IMG/VR virus record: IMGVR_UViG_3300042301_003333
Coordinates: 1 to 55,966 of that record
From: a virus
Lineage: Duplodnaviria; Caudoviricetes
Direction: 5' to 3' (one strand)
DNA: 55,966 nt
The notes under the pieces were generated by a model. It searched no databases and was not told where the DNA came from. It saw nothing but the letters and a program-made list of their open reading frames with translations. The translations under genes were made by a program, and so were the position numbers. Of this stretch, positions 32,576-43,369 are shown one piece after another (the stretch's first letter is position 1; every line of letters starts with the position of its first letter).

Positions 32576-34341
32576 GCGGATTGACGCCGCGCCCGCCGGT
32601 GTACCGGCCGAGTTGCCTCGTGAAGCTCAACGCCCGCTTCGACACGGCCTACCTGCCCGCGACCGACCCGCCAGGCGCGACGTCGCTGCAACAGCCGCGC
32701 GCCGAGGTGCAGCAGGCGGGCAACACGCTGGGGCTCACGGGCGCGAAGAACGACGGGCTCACGGAACAGATCGTCGTCCGCCCCATCTCGGCCAGCGTCG
32801 AGGTGCCGTCGCCTCGCGAGGCCGGCCGCTTCTCGCTCGAGTTCCTGTACCGCGACTTCCCTGTCGACCCGCGCATGTTCTCGGCCATCGCGTGCGAGGT
32901 CTACCTAGGCGGCGTCTCGGCCGACAAGTCGGCGCAGGGCATCGGCGGGCAGGGCTACAGCCTTACGAACAACCCCGCGCTGGTCTCGCTCACGGACGAC
33001 AACCTCGCGGTGGTCGGCATCGTCGACGAAGTGCGGGTACGTCACGACGGGCAGATGAGCCGCGTTACGCTCGAGGGGCGCGACCTCCGGGGCGTGCTGC
33101 TCGACTCGCCCGCACCGGCCGCGCTGTTCACGCAGCTCGACCTCCGCAAGCCCATCCAGAACGTCGTGCGGCAGATCCTCGACAAGCATCCGTTCGGCTC
33201 GACGCTGTCGCTCTGGTACTTCCCTGACGAGTGGACGGTGCCGGGCGACGAGTTGCGAGGCCCGCCGAGCCCGTACTCCACCGACGGCTCGACCCGCGTG
33301 CGCCTCGGCGCGACGGGCAGGGAATCGAAGGGCACCCCGAAGGCGGGCGAGGAGGTCTCCTTCTGGGATCTCATCACCAACTACTGCTTCCTGTGCGGCG
33401 TGCTTCCGTACTTCTCGGGGAACAAGCTCCTGCTCCGGCGGGCGCGATCCTACTGGTCGCAACTCGGCACCGTGCGCGGAATGATCTACGGGCGCGACGT
33501 CCTCTCGCTCGAGATCAACCGCCGGTTCCAAGGCTCGAACGGGCTCAAGGGGCGCGCCGTCATGGTGACGTCCATCGACACCGACAGCACGCAGCGCGGC
33601 AACGCTCGGCTGAAGGAGGTCGTCTGGGGACCAACCATCCTCGACGCGAACAACCCGGACAACCGAGGCACGACAAAGACGGGCAAGACCGTCAAGACGC
33701 ACGAGGCGGCTCTGCCGCCGGGGCAGACGACCCGCCCGCAGGTCGGCCAGATCTCGCCGAGCGGCCTCGTTGGGTACACCGACGTCGTTCGCATCCCTGT
33801 CTCGGGCATCAAGAGCGAGGCGCAACTCCTCGAAGTGGCGAAGGCGGTCTACGAGGAGATCGGACGCGGCGAGATGTCGGGCGCCTTTGAAACGTGCAAC
33901 CTCGCGACCTATGGCCGACCGGACCTCGAGGCCGACCTGCTCAAGCTCCGGCCGGGCGACGCGGTTCGCATCCAAGTCGACGAGCGGCTGTCGACCGGAC
34001 AGGCGCCGGCAGTCTCTCCGCTGCAGAAGGACGCGACGACGGCGGCAGCCGAGCGCATCCGCGAGATGACGAGCCGAGGCATCCCCGCTCGCATGGCGGC
34101 GGCCATCGTGCAGTCGGCCGAGCGCGGCGTGCCTGCTCTCGCGCCCATATTCCGCGCCAAGCACGTCAAGTTCGACTACAGCGTGACGACGGGCGTCAAG
34201 ATCACCTGCGACTTCGAGAACTACGTCGAGGCGACGCGGGCCAAGACCGGCCTCACGGTGACGACGAGCCTCCCCACGACGAACACGACCGGCAACGTCC
34301 CGACGGCGCTGCAGGCCGTCGAAGTGCCGAGCGAGAGGTAG
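32572..34341 (+). CDS. Baseplate hub protein (Mu P / P2 D-like)
   Basis: VVGIVDEV...VTLEGRDLRGVLLD; LRPGDAVRI. Confidence 0.75.
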   Translation: MSGLTPRPPVYRPSCLVKLNARFDTAYLPATDPPGATSLQQPRAEVQQAGNTLGLTGAKNDGLTEQIVVRPISASVEVPSPREAGRFSLEFLYRDFPVDPRMFSAIACEVYLGGVSADKSAQGIGGQGYSLTNNPALVSLTDDNLAVVGIVDEVRVRHDGQMSRVTLEGRDLRGVLLDSPAPAALFTQLDLRKPIQNVVRQILDKHPFGSTLSLWYFPDEWTVPGDELRGPPSPYSTDGSTRVRLGATGRESKGTPKAGEEVSFWDLITNYCFLCGVLPYFSGNKLLLRRARSYWSQLGTVRGMIYGRDVLSLEINRRFQGSNGLKGRAVMVTSIDTDSTQRGNARLKEVVWGPTILDANNPDNRGTTKTGKTVKTHEAALPPGQTTRPQVGQISPSGLVGYTDVVRIPVSGIKSEAQLLEVAKAVYEEIGRGEMSGAFETCNLATYGRPDLEADLLKLRPGDAVRIQVDERLSTGQAPAVSPLQKDATTAAAERIREMTSRGIPARMAAAIVQSAERGVPALAPIFRAKHVKFDYSVTTGVKITCDFENYVEATRAKTGLTVTTSLPTTNTTGNVPTALQAVEVPSER

Positions 34342-34350
34342 GAGGCGACC

Positions 34351-35004
34351 ATGCGACGAGCAGCCAGCGGCCTCGACCTCAACGCGCTCTCGCGCGCCAT
34401 GCAGCGCCCTGGCATCGACCCGCGCTCGTGGTGCTCGCTCGCCATCGTGCAGTCGGTCGTCATCGACGAGGCGGCGGGCGTCTTCTGCGACGTCCTGCTG
34501 ATGCCGTCCAAGCGGCGAGAGACGGCGCGGCTCGGCGCGGCCTACGCAGGCTCGGGTTTCGGCTTCTATGTGCCGGTCCGCGTTGACGACGAGGTGCTCG
34601 TCTCGGCTCCCGGCGGTGACCCCGCGCAAGGGCTCGTCATCACGCAGCGGCTCTGGTCGCCGGCTGACGTCCCGCCGGCGGGGCTTGAGGCGACGCCCGA
34701 GGACGTCGTCCTCGTCGTCGAGGCCGACAAGTCGCTGCGGCTCACGGTGCAGGGCGGCGGGAACGTCATCCTCGCGGTCGACACGGGCAAAGTCTTCCTC
34801 GGCAGCGAGACGGGTACGGAGGCGGTCGCGAAGGGCGACAGTCTCAAGAGCTATCTCGACGGCATCGTGAGCCAACTCAACAGCCACACGCACGTTCCGA
34901 CAGCATTCGGCACCCCTACAGGACCAATGACCGCCTCGACGCCTCCGGTCACGCTGTCAGGTCCGACGTCGGCCATTCTTTCGACGACCTCCGAGGTGAA
35001 GTAA
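34351..35004 (+). CDS. Baseplate central spike protein
   Basis: OB-fold-like PVRVDDEVLV...GDP; C-terminal NSHTH metal-binding tip. Confidence 0.8.
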   Translation: MRRAASGLDLNALSRAMQRPGIDPRSWCSLAIVQSVVIDEAAGVFCDVLLMPSKRRETARLGAAYAGSGFGFYVPVRVDDEVLVSAPGGDPAQGLVITQRLWSPADVPPAGLEATPEDVVLVVEADKSLRLTVQGGGNVILAVDTGKVFLGSETGTEAVAKGDSLKSYLDGIVSQLNSHTHVPTAFGTPTGPMTASTPPVTLSGPTSAILSTTSEVK

Positions 35005-35831
35005 TGATGGTCTCCGGCTACGGCTACCAGGCGTGGGGCACGTCCCAATGGGGCGGGCTCTCGGTCGGCGTCATCGACTTCGTCCGCGCGTTCGCGGCGG
35101 GCGACCGCATCGTGCTCGTCGAGCTCAACTACGAGCCGCAGCACCTCGGGGCGCAGTATCCCGGCGATGCACTCAACCCCGCGTCGTGGACGGTCGTCGG
35201 GCCGGTCCGCAACGACGAGGGCGTTATCACCGGAACGAGCGACCGCGTCGTGGCCTCGGTCGAGTACGTCAACGCGACGACCTACCGGCTCATCACGCTG
35301 TTCGCCCTCGGACCGGCGACCGACACGCTCACAGTCTCGACGGTCGGCCTGCGGAACCCTGTCGGCGCGGTGCAGCCCGACGCGGCCATCTCGTTCGACG
35401 GGTGCGCGCAGGCGCCGCAGCTCGTCGCGCAGCCGGGCACGACGGGCGACCTGCGGAACATCCAGCCGCAGGTGCTCGACAATCAGGTCTCGGGCACGCT
35501 GCAGGTCGGAAGCGACGGCGACTATCAGCTCGGCACCGTCGAGGAGACGGTCCGCAAGTTGATCATCCGTCGGCTGACCATCCCGAAGGGCGGCTTCACC
35601 TGGCTACCTGACTACGGGCTCGACCTGCCGGTCAAGGGGCTGATCTCGCCCAGCCAACTCCCGCTCATCCGCGACACCATCAAGTCGAACGTGCTCAAGG
35701 AGCCCGAGGTCGTCGACGCGGGCGTGCGGGTGTCGCTCCAGGGCGACGGCATCGTCCTTGTCCAGATACAGGCGCGACTGCGGAGCGGGACGAGCGTGAA
35801 CGTCGCAACGCGGGTGGTCGCGGCGGCATAA
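35004..35831 (+). CDS. Baseplate wedge protein with C-terminal gp25/W-like domain
   Basis: IIRRLTIPKGGFTWLPDYG...EPEV; extra N-terminal domain. Confidence 0.7.
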   Translation: MMVSGYGYQAWGTSQWGGLSVGVIDFVRAFAAGDRIVLVELNYEPQHLGAQYPGDALNPASWTVVGPVRNDEGVITGTSDRVVASVEYVNATTYRLITLFALGPATDTLTVSTVGLRNPVGAVQPDAAISFDGCAQAPQLVAQPGTTGDLRNIQPQVLDNQVSGTLQVGSDGDYQLGTVEETVRKLIIRRLTIPKGGFTWLPDYGLDLPVKGLISPSQLPLIRDTIKSNVLKEPEVVDAGVRVSLQGDGIVLVQIQARLRSGTSVNVATRVVAAA

Positions 35832-35841
35832 GAGGTGACCT

Positions 35842-36981
35842 GTGGACCGTCCTACCTACGCCGACCTGTTCTCCATCGCCCGCAACCAACTGTTGCAGGC
35901 GAACCCGCGCCTCACGGCCGTTGACCGCGAGGGCAGCGACGCGAACGCGCTCGTGGCGAGCATCGCGGCGGTCGGCGACGAGGTGGCGCAGCAGGTCTCC
36001 TACGTCGCGGCGGCCTCGTTCCTCGACACGGCGACGGGGCTCAACCTCGACCGGCTCGTCTTCGACCGCTACGGCCTCGTCCGCAAGCCGGCGGCGGCGG
36101 CGCTCGGGACAGTGCAGTTCACGTCGGCGACCGGCGCGGCGTCGACCTTCGCCATTCCTGTGCAGACGAAGCTCGTCACGGCCGACGGGACGCAGTTTGA
36201 GACGACCGAGCCGGCGACGTTCTTTCTTGGCAGCAACGGGCCGGTCAACGTCCCCGTGCGCTCGGTTCTTGCCGGCACGACGCAGCAGGCCGGCGTCGGC
36301 GAGATCAACACGCTCCTCTCGCCGGTCCCCGGCGCGGTGGCCGACCTTGCGGTGACCAACGCCCTCGCGACGGCAGGCGCGGCCGACCCTGAGTCTGACG
36401 CCGAGCTCCGCGAGCGGGCGCGCCGGTTCTTCACGACGGTCCAGCGCGGCACCCTCGCCGCCATCGAGCAGGCGGCGCGAGGCGTCCCCGGCGTGCGGTA
36501 CGCGGCGGCGTTTGAGGATGTCGACGCCTACGGCCAGCAGACGGGCTACGTCTCGCTGGCGGTCACCGACCAGTACACGGACACGCTCGCGAACCTCGGA
36601 ACGGTCCCGCCGGCCTACGAGACGCAGTCGCAGCAGCTCGCGGCGCAGGTCGCTCTTGCCGTCGACCAGGCTCGGGCGGCTGGCATCTACGTTCAGACGG
36701 TCGTCGCGCAGGTCGTTCTTCAGCCGGTGACGCTGCGCCTGCGGGTCAAGGCTGGCTTCGACACGGCGTCGGTCTCGCTGCAGGCGCGCTCGGCGTGCGT
36801 GCAGGTCATCAACGCGCTCGCGCCGGGTGCCGAGCTCACGGTGGCCGCGCTCGAGGCCGCGCTTGCGAACGTGAACGGTCTCTACCAGTCGACCGACACG
36901 GTGGTGCTGCCGGTCGCGACGGTCGTCCCGACGCCACTGCAGGTCATCCGCACGAACCTCCAGCTTGTCGTGGCGGGGTAG
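35842..36981 (+). CDS. Baseplate J-like protein
   Basis: ATGLNLDRL, GAADPESDAELRER, RGTLAAI...VPGV. Confidence 0.9.
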   Translation: MDRPTYADLFSIARNQLLQANPRLTAVDREGSDANALVASIAAVGDEVAQQVSYVAAASFLDTATGLNLDRLVFDRYGLVRKPAAAALGTVQFTSATGAASTFAIPVQTKLVTADGTQFETTEPATFFLGSNGPVNVPVRSVLAGTTQQAGVGEINTLLSPVPGAVADLAVTNALATAGAADPESDAELRERARRFFTTVQRGTLAAIEQAARGVPGVRYAAAFEDVDAYGQQTGYVSLAVTDQYTDTLANLGTVPPAYETQSQQLAAQVALAVDQARAAGIYVQTVVAQVVLQPVTLRLRVKAGFDTASVSLQARSACVQVINALAPGAELTVAALEAALANVNGLYQSTDTVVLPVATVVPTPLQVIRTNLQLVVAG

Positions 36982-36984
36982 CGC

Positions 36985-37974
36985 ATGTCGCTGATTCCCT
37001 GTCCCGTCAACGCCGACACGCCGGAGCAACTCGTCGAGGTGCTTCGCCGGTTCTTGCCGCCCGAGTATCTCGACCCGATGGAGCCGCCCGGTACTGGCGC
37101 TCCAGGCGCGCCCGGTTGGGAGGTCATCCTCGCGGCGTCGCAGGCGCTCTCCCGCGTCAGCGCGGCGGCCGAGCGGCTCGGGTGCGGGCTGTTCTTCCTG
37201 ACGGCGCCCTCGGCCGAGCTCTCGACGGCGACGGTGACGCTGACCCGCGCCTCAACCGCGACGGGCGTCTTTACCGTCAAGGCGGGCTCGGCGGTCGTCG
37301 CGACGAGCGGGCGCATCTACTTCGCGAGCGAGGACGTCACCTTCGGCGCGGGCGACCTCTCGGTCTCGGTGCCGGTCGTCTCGTCGGTCGCGGCCTACTG
37401 GCTGAACACGGCGGTCGTCGCGGGCGTGACGACGGTTCCGATCACGACGACGTGGACGGTCGGCGCCCTGACGACGGTTCCGCCGTTCGCCGACACGACG
37501 ATCACCGTCTCGGCCGACGGCAGCACCGATGGCGGCGTCTCGCCGTTCCTCGAGTTGCTCGGCAACGACCGTGGCCTGACGCAGTACCTCGGCGAGAGCG
37601 ACGAGGCGTTCCGGCTCCGCTGCCGCACGCTGCCCGACACCGTCACGCCGGGTGCGATTCAGCGGATGCTCGCCCGCATCTTCACGGCGCCGACGCAGTC
37701 CTACGAGTACCACGACCTCTGGGCGACGGACTTCCAGACGGCGTACGACATGCCTCTGGACACCGACCCCGTCGTCTTCTGCTACGACGACCCGCGCCCG
37801 TTCCCGCCCTCGCGCAACCGCTACCTGCCCCGCAACTACCTGCAGGCGTTCGTCGTGTCGCTGTTCGACTCGGCCGGGTCCATCCCAGACTCGACCTACG
37901 GCAGCTTCACTGACCAGCTCGCGGCCATCAAGGCGGCGGGCGTCGCCGCCCACGTCCTCTGGGAGACGAACTGA
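36985..37974 (+). CDS. Baseplate wedge protein (P2 I-like with J-like insert)
   Basis: LELLGNDRGL...GESDEAFRLR; C-terminal IKAAGV. Confidence 0.7.
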   Translation: MSLIPCPVNADTPEQLVEVLRRFLPPEYLDPMEPPGTGAPGAPGWEVILAASQALSRVSAAAERLGCGLFFLTAPSAELSTATVTLTRASTATGVFTVKAGSAVVATSGRIYFASEDVTFGAGDLSVSVPVVSSVAAYWLNTAVVAGVTTVPITTTWTVGALTTVPPFADTTITVSADGSTDGGVSPFLELLGNDRGLTQYLGESDEAFRLRCRTLPDTVTPGAIQRMLARIFTAPTQSYEYHDLWATDFQTAYDMPLDTDPVVFCYDDPRPFPPSRNRYLPRNYLQAFVVSLFDSAGSIPDSTYGSFTDQLAAIKAAGVAAHVLWETN

Positions 37975-39143
37975 TGCCGACGATCACCCCGCCCTTCCAG
38001 CGCCGCATCACGAACCCGCTTCAGCGGCCGGTCGCAGCCGACCTCAACCTGCAGGCGTTCTACGACTCGGTCACGCAGAGCTACTTGGCGGGCGCGGTCT
38101 ACTCGGCGTCGCCCGGCGGCAACCCGACCTTCGAGACCGGATTCATCGGAAACAGTTTTCGGTGCTTCGCGAGCACGACGTCTCGGGAAGTCGTCGTTCA
38201 GAAGGGGCTCGGCTTCATCGCGCAGGACGCGCAGGACGACGCGAACGGCGTCAACTCGGGTGCTTACTCGCCGGTCGTGTGCGAGCCTAACGACCCCGAC
38301 GCGGCCGGTCTCTATGTCCCGGTCGACGAGCTCGCGGTGGGCCTACAGCGTATCGACATCGTCTGCGTCAAGTCGCCCAACTACGCGACTGCCGTGCAGA
38401 GCATTGGCCTTCTCAACCCGTCGTCGAGCACGTTCGCCTTTGCGCCGCGCCCGACGCAGTTCACCGAGAACGCCTTCACTGTCACGTCTGGCGACCCCGA
38501 CTTCATCAAGGTCGTGACCGGCACGCCCAGCGCGGGCACGCCGACGGTGCCGACGGTGCCGACGGGCTACGTCGAGATCGGTCGCGTCTATGTCCCGGTC
38601 GGAGCGGCCAACCTCGCAAACTCCGACATCGAGGACCGCCGCCCCGTGCTCATCCCGCACGGTGGGCGAGCGATGACGCTCTCGTTCCTCACGTCGATCA
38701 CGACGACCGAGGTGCTTGGATTCGACTTCGGCAACAACGGTGTTCACGCAGCGGTCCGCAAGGTCGTCGACGGGTCAAACCGTAGGTGGTTTGAGGTCTA
38801 CGTCGCATCGGGTGCCACCAATCCAAGCGTCTTTCAGATGGTCGCGGGTGGGTGGGCGGCGCTAGACGGAACAGGCGCACCGACGAACACGCTGCAGGGT
38901 GGAGCGATGACGGCTGTCTACTCAGAGGAGACGGTCTCGCGAGCGAGTGCGCTGCCCATCTTCGAGGCGGCCGGAACGTACGACGCCCTCATCGGACCGA
39001 CCGTCAGGAGGTTCGTCGTGCTCGCGGGCTTCCTCGACAAGTCGGGCGTCACGGACAACTGCGTCATCAACATCGACGACACCTCTGGCCTCAACGCGAA
39101 TGTTCGTCGCGTTCGTCTCTCGCTCTACGCGCAAGCCTTCTAA
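37974..39143 (+). CDS. Baseplate-proximal tail fibre / fibre anchor protein
   Basis: RIDIV...GTP...PTVPTGYVEIGRVYV...IEDRR. Confidence 0.7.
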   Translation: MPTITPPFQRRITNPLQRPVAADLNLQAFYDSVTQSYLAGAVYSASPGGNPTFETGFIGNSFRCFASTTSREVVVQKGLGFIAQDAQDDANGVNSGAYSPVVCEPNDPDAAGLYVPVDELAVGLQRIDIVCVKSPNYATAVQSIGLLNPSSSTFAFAPRPTQFTENAFTVTSGDPDFIKVVTGTPSAGTPTVPTVPTGYVEIGRVYVPVGAANLANSDIEDRRPVLIPHGGRAMTLSFLTSITTTEVLGFDFGNNGVHAAVRKVVDGSNRRWFEVYVASGATNPSVFQMVAGGWAALDGTGAPTNTLQGGAMTAVYSEETVSRASALPIFEAAGTYDALIGPTVRRFVVLAGFLDKSGVTDNCVINIDDTSGLNANVRRVRLSLYAQAF

Positions 39144-39153
39144 GGAGACGCCC

Positions 39154-42100
39154 ATGGCAGCCATCATCCAGATCAACGGCGGCACGGCCGGCGTCTCCGA
39201 CGACAACGTCACGCTCGGCTCGACGGTCACGCTCTACAGCGTCGACGCGGCGACGACCTACCAGTGGGCCATCGTCTCGCAGCCTGCGGGCGCCACGGAC
39301 GCACTCGTCACGCCGACGCAGCGCGGCGCCTCGTTCGTCGCAACGAAAGAAGGTTCGTACCTTCTGCGCCTGACGGTCGACGACGGCCTCCCGACCGAGT
39401 CGAGCCAGCAGCTCATCGCGGCGGTGCGCGAGCTCGAGACGGGCGACCGCATTCCGGCCATCGGCGAGACGACCGAGAACAGCGCCAACGACGGATGGGC
39501 GAACCCTGTCGACGCGATCCTTCGGCGGGTGACGCAGTTCACCGAGGCCGGCGTGCAGCCTGGCGTCGCGGCCGAGGCGCTCGTCGTCGGAGACGTTGTC
39601 TACGCGAGCGACGTCTACACCCTCGCGGCCGGCTTGCCGGGCGAGCGCATCGTCGCGAGCTGGTCGAAGTGCCATGCGGACGTCGTCGCCGAGGTGCAGG
39701 GCGTCTTCGGCGTCGTCGCCGGTAGCGTGAACGGCGGCAGCATCGCGGCCGACGATATCATCACCGTGCAGACGACGGGCCTCTATCAGGGCGTGCCGTT
39801 CGGCTCCGCTCCGACCGTCGGCGACCCCGTCTTCATCTCGGACGCGGCGGGCCTCGCGCTGACGCAGGGCACCATCAAGCGGCAGATCGGCACCGTGTGC
39901 GCGGTCGGCGCGAGCACCTACGACGTCATGGTCGGACCGGCGCCGGCCGAGCTCGTCGTCCCTGACCTGTTCGCGAAGACGTACTTCGTCGCGACGACCG
40001 GCTCGGACGTCGTCGGCGACGGCAGCATCACCAACCCCTATGCGACGCCGCAGAAGGCGCACGACGTTGCGCTTGTCGACTACCCGACCGACTGGGTGTC
40101 GGTGCAGATCGGCCCCGGCTCGTACATCGGCGGGATCGCTATCGAGAAGTGGAACATCGTCTTCCACGGTTCCGGCTCGCGACCTGAGACGCAGGCGACG
40201 AAGCTGCTCGGGCTGGTAAGCGTCAACCCTGACGCCGCCACGCAGAAGTTCAACGACGTCGTCGGGCTCGACCGGCTCTACATCGAGACCTCGTCGGGCG
40301 GCGACCCTGCGCTGTCCGTAGGCGGCACGGGCGCCTTCTCTCTGGTCGTCACCGACTGCTACCTGACGACGTCCGACGCGCTTGCGTCGGCGGCCGTCGA
40401 CATCGCGCCGTCCAACGCCATCCGCCCCCGCGTGACGCTCAACGACTGCGTGATCACGGTGCAGGCGGCCGGCCCCGACATCGTCGCCGTCGGCAAGGGC
40501 GACGTGCGGATGAGCAACACGCAGCTCTACTTCGCGTCGTCGGTTCCGAGCGGCTCGGCGGGCAAGGGCATCACGGTCGCGTCGGACGCCTCGCTGTTCG
40601 CCGACCGACTTCTGCTCGACATGCAGACCATCGGACCCGGAATCGAGGTCACGGGCAGCTACGCGGGCGTCAAGCTCACGCTGTCCGGCTCCTCGGTGAC
40701 GCTGTCGAACGCCTCCTGCTCGCACGCCATCAGCGCGACGAACGGCAGCGCGGGGCAGCTCGCGGCCTTCGTTTGGAACTGCGCCTTCGGCATCGCGAAC
40801 GCGGCTTCAATGATCATCAACGGCTCGGGCTCGCTCGGCTCGAACATCGTCATGGTCGGGCAGCTCTCGTCCCTGTTCGGGACGGTTGGCGGGCTTGGCT
40901 CGACGGTGACGCGGCTCGACATGAGCCCCGGCGTGCTGGCCTACACGAACGCCAGCTATCCCGCCCCGAGCGGCCTCGCGCCGCCGGCGGGTTCGAGTGC
41001 GATTCCCGTCGGTCCCGGCGTCGGCGGCTCGTGGACGCAGTTTGAGGCGCAGAACAGCAGCGGCACGGCGCAGTCGCCAGGGCTGCGGCTCGTCGCGGGC
41101 TCCAACGCGGGCGCGGGTGCGGGCGGCGACGCGCGCATCATCGGCGGCGAGTCTGCGACCGGCGAGGCCGCGTACGCCTCGGCCGGCGGCGCGACGGCGA
41201 CGGTTGGCGGTTCCTTCGTTGCTGGCGGCGGTCTCGGCCCCATCGGCGGCGACGTCACGCTGACGGCAGGACAGGGCGACGCGACCGACGGCGGTGCGGC
41301 GACGCTCACGGGTGGAGTCGGCGCGGCAGAGGGCGGTGACGCGGGCCTGCTCGGAGGCGCTGGCAACACCGGCAAGGGCGGCGACGCGGCCGTGCTTGGC
41401 GGAAGTTCGAGCGGAGGCGGCAACGGAGGGATTGCCGTTATCGACGCAGGCACGGGCGCGACGAATGGACACGTCCTCGTTGGTACGGTTCGCGCGGAGT
41501 ACGTCGGTCTCGGACGCAGCGGGAAGGACGTCATCGTCAACGGGCGCAACGTCGGCACGCCGGTCACCTACGCGCCCCTCGCCGCGACGACGATCCCCGT
41601 CAACGGTCCGACCATCTTCTTGAACCCCGCCGCGAATCGCGACATGACGGCCTCGCCGACGCTCCAGACGAGCGGCATCACGGCGGGAACCATCGTCACG
41701 CTCGCGAACGAGGACACGACCTTCTACGTCGACCTCACGCAGCACAACGGCAATCCGACGACGGGCAGCTTTCTCAAGCTCGCGACCGGCAACATCTACC
41801 TGTTCAAGTACGACACGATCACCCTCATCTTTGACGGCACCTACTGGGTCGAGGTGGGTCGCAGCGTGCAGCCGGGCAAGAGCTACACGCCGGTCGCGGG
41901 AACAACCATCCCGTTCTACTGCCCGACGGTGCTCCTGACGAACGCGGGCGCGGTGAACCTCGGCACGGCAAACGCGACGATTCAGACCGCCGGTATCAAC
42001 CCCGGCTCGCGCATCACCTTCGTCCAGAAGGGCGCGGGGACGACGACGTTCTCTCGCGGCGGAAGCAGCGCCTTGAAGCTGACCAACCCGTCGCATGCTC

Positions 42101-42177
42101 TGGCTCCATACGCCACGCTCGAGCTCGTCTTCGACGGCACGTTCTGGTGCGAGCTTAGCCAATCGAACAACGCCTAA
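39154..42177 (+). CDS. Multidomain fibre/spike protein
   Basis: AAGGAG RBS; Ig/PKD-like N-terminus, YFVATTGSD..GDGSITNPYAT beta-helix start, Gly-rich repeats, duplicated C-terminal domain. Confidence 0.75.
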   Translation: MAAIIQINGGTAGVSDDNVTLGSTVTLYSVDAATTYQWAIVSQPAGATDALVTPTQRGASFVATKEGSYLLRLTVDDGLPTESSQQLIAAVRELETGDRIPAIGETTENSANDGWANPVDAILRRVTQFTEAGVQPGVAAEALVVGDVVYASDVYTLAAGLPGERIVASWSKCHADVVAEVQGVFGVVAGSVNGGSIAADDIITVQTTGLYQGVPFGSAPTVGDPVFISDAAGLALTQGTIKRQIGTVCAVGASTYDVMVGPAPAELVVPDLFAKTYFVATTGSDVVGDGSITNPYATPQKAHDVALVDYPTDWVSVQIGPGSYIGGIAIEKWNIVFHGSGSRPETQATKLLGLVSVNPDAATQKFNDVVGLDRLYIETSSGGDPALSVGGTGAFSLVVTDCYLTTSDALASAAVDIAPSNAIRPRVTLNDCVITVQAAGPDIVAVGKGDVRMSNTQLYFASSVPSGSAGKGITVASDASLFADRLLLDMQTIGPGIEVTGSYAGVKLTLSGSSVTLSNASCSHAISATNGSAGQLAAFVWNCAFGIANAASMIINGSGSLGSNIVMVGQLSSLFGTVGGLGSTVTRLDMSPGVLAYTNASYPAPSGLAPPAGSSAIPVGPGVGGSWTQFEAQNSSGTAQSPGLRLVAGSNAGAGAGGDARIIGGESATGEAAYASAGGATATVGGSFVAGGGLGPIGGDVTLTAGQGDATDGGAATLTGGVGAAEGGDAGLLGGAGNTGKGGDAAVLGGSSSGGGNGGIAVIDAGTGATNGHVLVGTVRAEYVGLGRSGKDVIVNGRNVGTPVTYAPLAATTIPVNGPTIFLNPAANRDMTASPTLQTSGITAGTIVTLANEDTTFYVDLTQHNGNPTTGSFLKLATGNIYLFKYDTITLIFDGTYWVEVGRSVQPGKSYTPVAGTTIPFYCPTVLLTNAGAVNLGTANATIQTAGINPGSRITFVQKGAGTTTFSRGGSSALKLTNPSHALAPYATLELVFDGTFWCELSQSNNA

Positions 42178-42187
42178 GGAGTAGGTC

Positions 42188-42964
42188 ATGCTCTCGCAGC
42201 TCACAGGCGTTGTCCGCTCGGGAGGCCGACCGAGCCTTCGCGTGCCGCCCGACTCTCGGCAGGGGCTCGCCATCGTCGGCGGCATGTCGAACGACGTCCT
42301 CGTCACCGTCGTCAATCAGCAGGGCGCGGCGGTCGATCTGTTCGACTCGACGCTGACCCTGACGGTGCGGCGCTCGCCTCGAGATCTCTCGCCGCTGCTT
42401 GCGGTGCAGGGCGTGAACGTCCCCGAGCAGGGACCGAACCTCGCCGTCTTCGCGCTGCCCGGCGACCAGACCGGCTCGTGGCGCACGACCGGCTACTGCT
42501 ACGACGTCGTCCTGCTGCGCTCGAGCGGCGAACTGGAGGCCATCGTGCCGACCTCTCCTCTGTACGTCACCCCGAGCGTCTACAGCGGCACGGCCAGCAG
42601 CTCGGCGCCCGCGCAGCTCCGAGGCACCGTCCCTGCGCCGGGTGGCCCGTATCCTGCGATTCCGGTCGGTACGCCGGTCGGCATCGTCGACGAGATCGTG
42701 CTGGTTATCGCCGACGCGGGCGACCCCGCAACTATGCCGTGCGTCGGCCTCTACACGGGCGCGGCGTCGAACCTCGTCCGCACCGACGGCACCTTCGAGG
42801 GACTCGTCGGCCTGCCCGAAAGCGTGCCGCTGTTTGTCGCGGTCGGCGGCGGATTCACGGACGTTCCGCCGTCTGCCATCGGCCAGTCTCAGCAGCGCAT
42901 CGGCAAGTCGATTGGCACGACCAACGCCTTCCTCGAACTCGGTCCGAGCGTGCTTCTGGCCTAA
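42188..42964 (+). CDS. Structural protein: BppU-like N-domain plus cement-like C-domain
   Basis: AVDLFDSTLTLTVR...YCYDV; C-terminal half similar to 43370-43927. Confidence 0.55.
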   Translation: MLSQLTGVVRSGGRPSLRVPPDSRQGLAIVGGMSNDVLVTVVNQQGAAVDLFDSTLTLTVRRSPRDLSPLLAVQGVNVPEQGPNLAVFALPGDQTGSWRTTGYCYDVVLLRSSGELEAIVPTSPLYVTPSVYSGTASSSAPAQLRGTVPAPGGPYPAIPVGTPVGIVDEIVLVIADAGDPATMPCVGLYTGAASNLVRTDGTFEGLVGLPESVPLFVAVGGGFTDVPPSAIGQSQQRIGKSIGTTNAFLELGPSVLLA

Positions 42965-42976
42965 GTAGGGGAGGGA

Positions 42977-43357
42977 ATGGCTACCCTCACCACGCCCATC
43001 AAGGTCACGCTACAGACCGGCTACTCGTCGCCTCGATTCGTGCTCAAGGCCGGCGACACGCTGCCGGTCATTCGCGTGCAGATCGACTCGACGTTCGGCG
43101 CGGCAGACTTGACGGGCGCCGTCGTGACGTTCCGTTGGTGGCCGGCGGGCTGCGGGTGCGTGGCGCCCGAGGTCGTCTTCGAGGCGGTCGCGACCATCGA
43201 GAATGCTCCGAAGGGCATCGTCTCGTACGCCTGGGAGTCTGGCGACACCGACGTGCATGGCACCTACGCCTGCGAGTGGGTCGTCGAGCAGGGCGGCAAG
43301 CAATACACGGCTCCGAATGACGGCGACGTCGAGCTGGTCATCCTTCCCCGATACTGA
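42977..43357 (+). CDS. BppU N-terminal-like beta-sandwich protein
   Basis: LKAGDTLP...DLTGAVVTF...GIVSYAW..GDTDVHGTY..EW. Confidence 0.7.
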   Translation: MATLTTPIKVTLQTGYSSPRFVLKAGDTLPVIRVQIDSTFGAADLTGAVVTFRWWPAGCGCVAPEVVFEAVATIENAPKGIVSYAWESGDTDVHGTYACEWVVEQGGKQYTAPNDGDVELVILPRY

Positions 43358-43369
43358 CGCGAGGCACGC

